DNA of 64,000 nucleotides from Harriotta raleighana (Eukaryota). The notes beneath the pieces are model-generated. The model did not search any database. It was not told the origin of the DNA and worked only from the letters and a program-made list of their open reading frames with translations. A program made the translations under genes and the position numbers. Below are positions 63,147 to 64,000 of the stretch, in pieces. The stretch spans positions 2,163,491 through 2,227,490 of the forward strand of contig JBNZDD010013646.1 of NCBI GenBank assembly GCA_050575255.1. The letters run 5' to 3'. Each line of letters opens with the position of its first letter. The first letter of the stretch is position 1.

Positions 63147-63969
63147 ACAACAACAACAACAACAAAATTACACTTATAGAGCGCGTTTCACGTCAGGAGG
63201 ACGTCCCAAGGCACTGGACAGATTGGTTCAGGACCCGAGCAAGGGAAAATGTTCAGGGCGAGGGGGGGAAAGGGTGGGAGCAAGGAGGGGGTAGCGACTC
63301 GAGAGGGTAGTTGAAGGCACGGTCGAAGAGAAAGNNNNNNNNNNNNNNNNNNNNNNNNNNNNNNNNNNNNNNNNNNNNNNNNNNNNNNNNNNNNNNNNNN
63401 NNNNNNNNNNNNNNNNNNNNNNNNNNNNNNNNNNNNNNNNNNNNNNNNNNNNNNNNNNNNNNNNNNNNNNNNNNNNNNNNNNNNNNNNNNNNNNNNNNNN
63501 NNNNNNNNNNNNNNNNNNNNNNNNNNNNNNNNNNNNNNNNNNNNNNNNNNNNNNNNNNNNNNNNNNNNNNNNNNNNNNNNNNNNNNNNNNNNNNNNNNNN
63601 NNNNNNNNNNNNNNNNNNNNNNNNNNNNNNNNNNNNNNNNNNNNNNNNNNNNNNNNNNNNNNNNNNNNNNNNNNNNNNNNNNNNNNNNNNNNNNNNNNNN
63701 NNNNNNNNNNNNNNNNNNNNNNNNNNNNNNNNNNNNNNNNNNNNNNNNNNNNNNNNNNNNNNNNNNNNNNNNNNNNNNNNNNNNNNNNNNNNNNNNNNNN
63801 NNNNNNNNNNNCGGGAGAGTACACGAGCTGCAGAGTTCTGGATGACCTGCAGCTTGTGGATGGAGGAGCCGGGAAGGCCTACAAGGAGAGAGTTCCCATA
63901 GTCCAGCCTTGAGGTGATGAAGGCGTGGACCAGTATCTCAGCAGCATGAGGGGTGAGGCAGTGTCGTAA
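63147..63969 (-). mobile_element. Young 5'-truncated L2 spanning an N-gap
   Basis: (CAA)n plus tail type A at 63147-63215; ORF2 C-terminal sequence at 63812-63969 nearly identical to 26716-26873. Confidence 0.9.
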
Positions 63970-64000
63970 ATAACGTAATGTATTGTAATGGATGTATAAA

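Overview
This is vertebrate non-coding DNA, either a gene desert or a large intron. The repeat families point to a cartilaginous fish, most plausibly a chimaera such as Callorhinchus; this is recalled from repeat sequences, not from a search. I can support no host protein-coding exon, functional RNA gene, CRISPR array or prokaryote-type system. The ORF track is essentially degraded retroelement frames, low-complexity sequence and N-gaps. The window is a patchwork of transposable elements: many L2-clade LINE fragments (two 3'-tail types), CR1 fragments, one L1/Tx1-like fragment, a young tRNA-headed Deu-domain SINE with an L2-like tail, an older Deu-type SINE, several TA-flanked Tc1/mariner-pogo (Tigger-like) MITEs, one hAT MITE, and mini/microsatellites. 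Repeat-poor blocks between them could hold enhancers. Most notable signals: (1) a palindromic element with two opposed minimal hammerhead-ribozyme cores (Penelope-like) at 51771-52006, with a partial second copy at 46551-46717; (2) a composite retroposon with a GC-rich head, two Deu cores and an L2 tail at ~22305-23045; (3) two near-identical young L2 copies 37 kb apart with the same 5' breakpoint; (4) a minisatellite expanded inside a MITE; (5) an old hairpin element split by an L2 tail. Boundaries of degraded repeats are approximate (tens of bp). N-gaps: 15766-15980, 23967-24115, 24302-24475, 26190-26607, 63335-63811.
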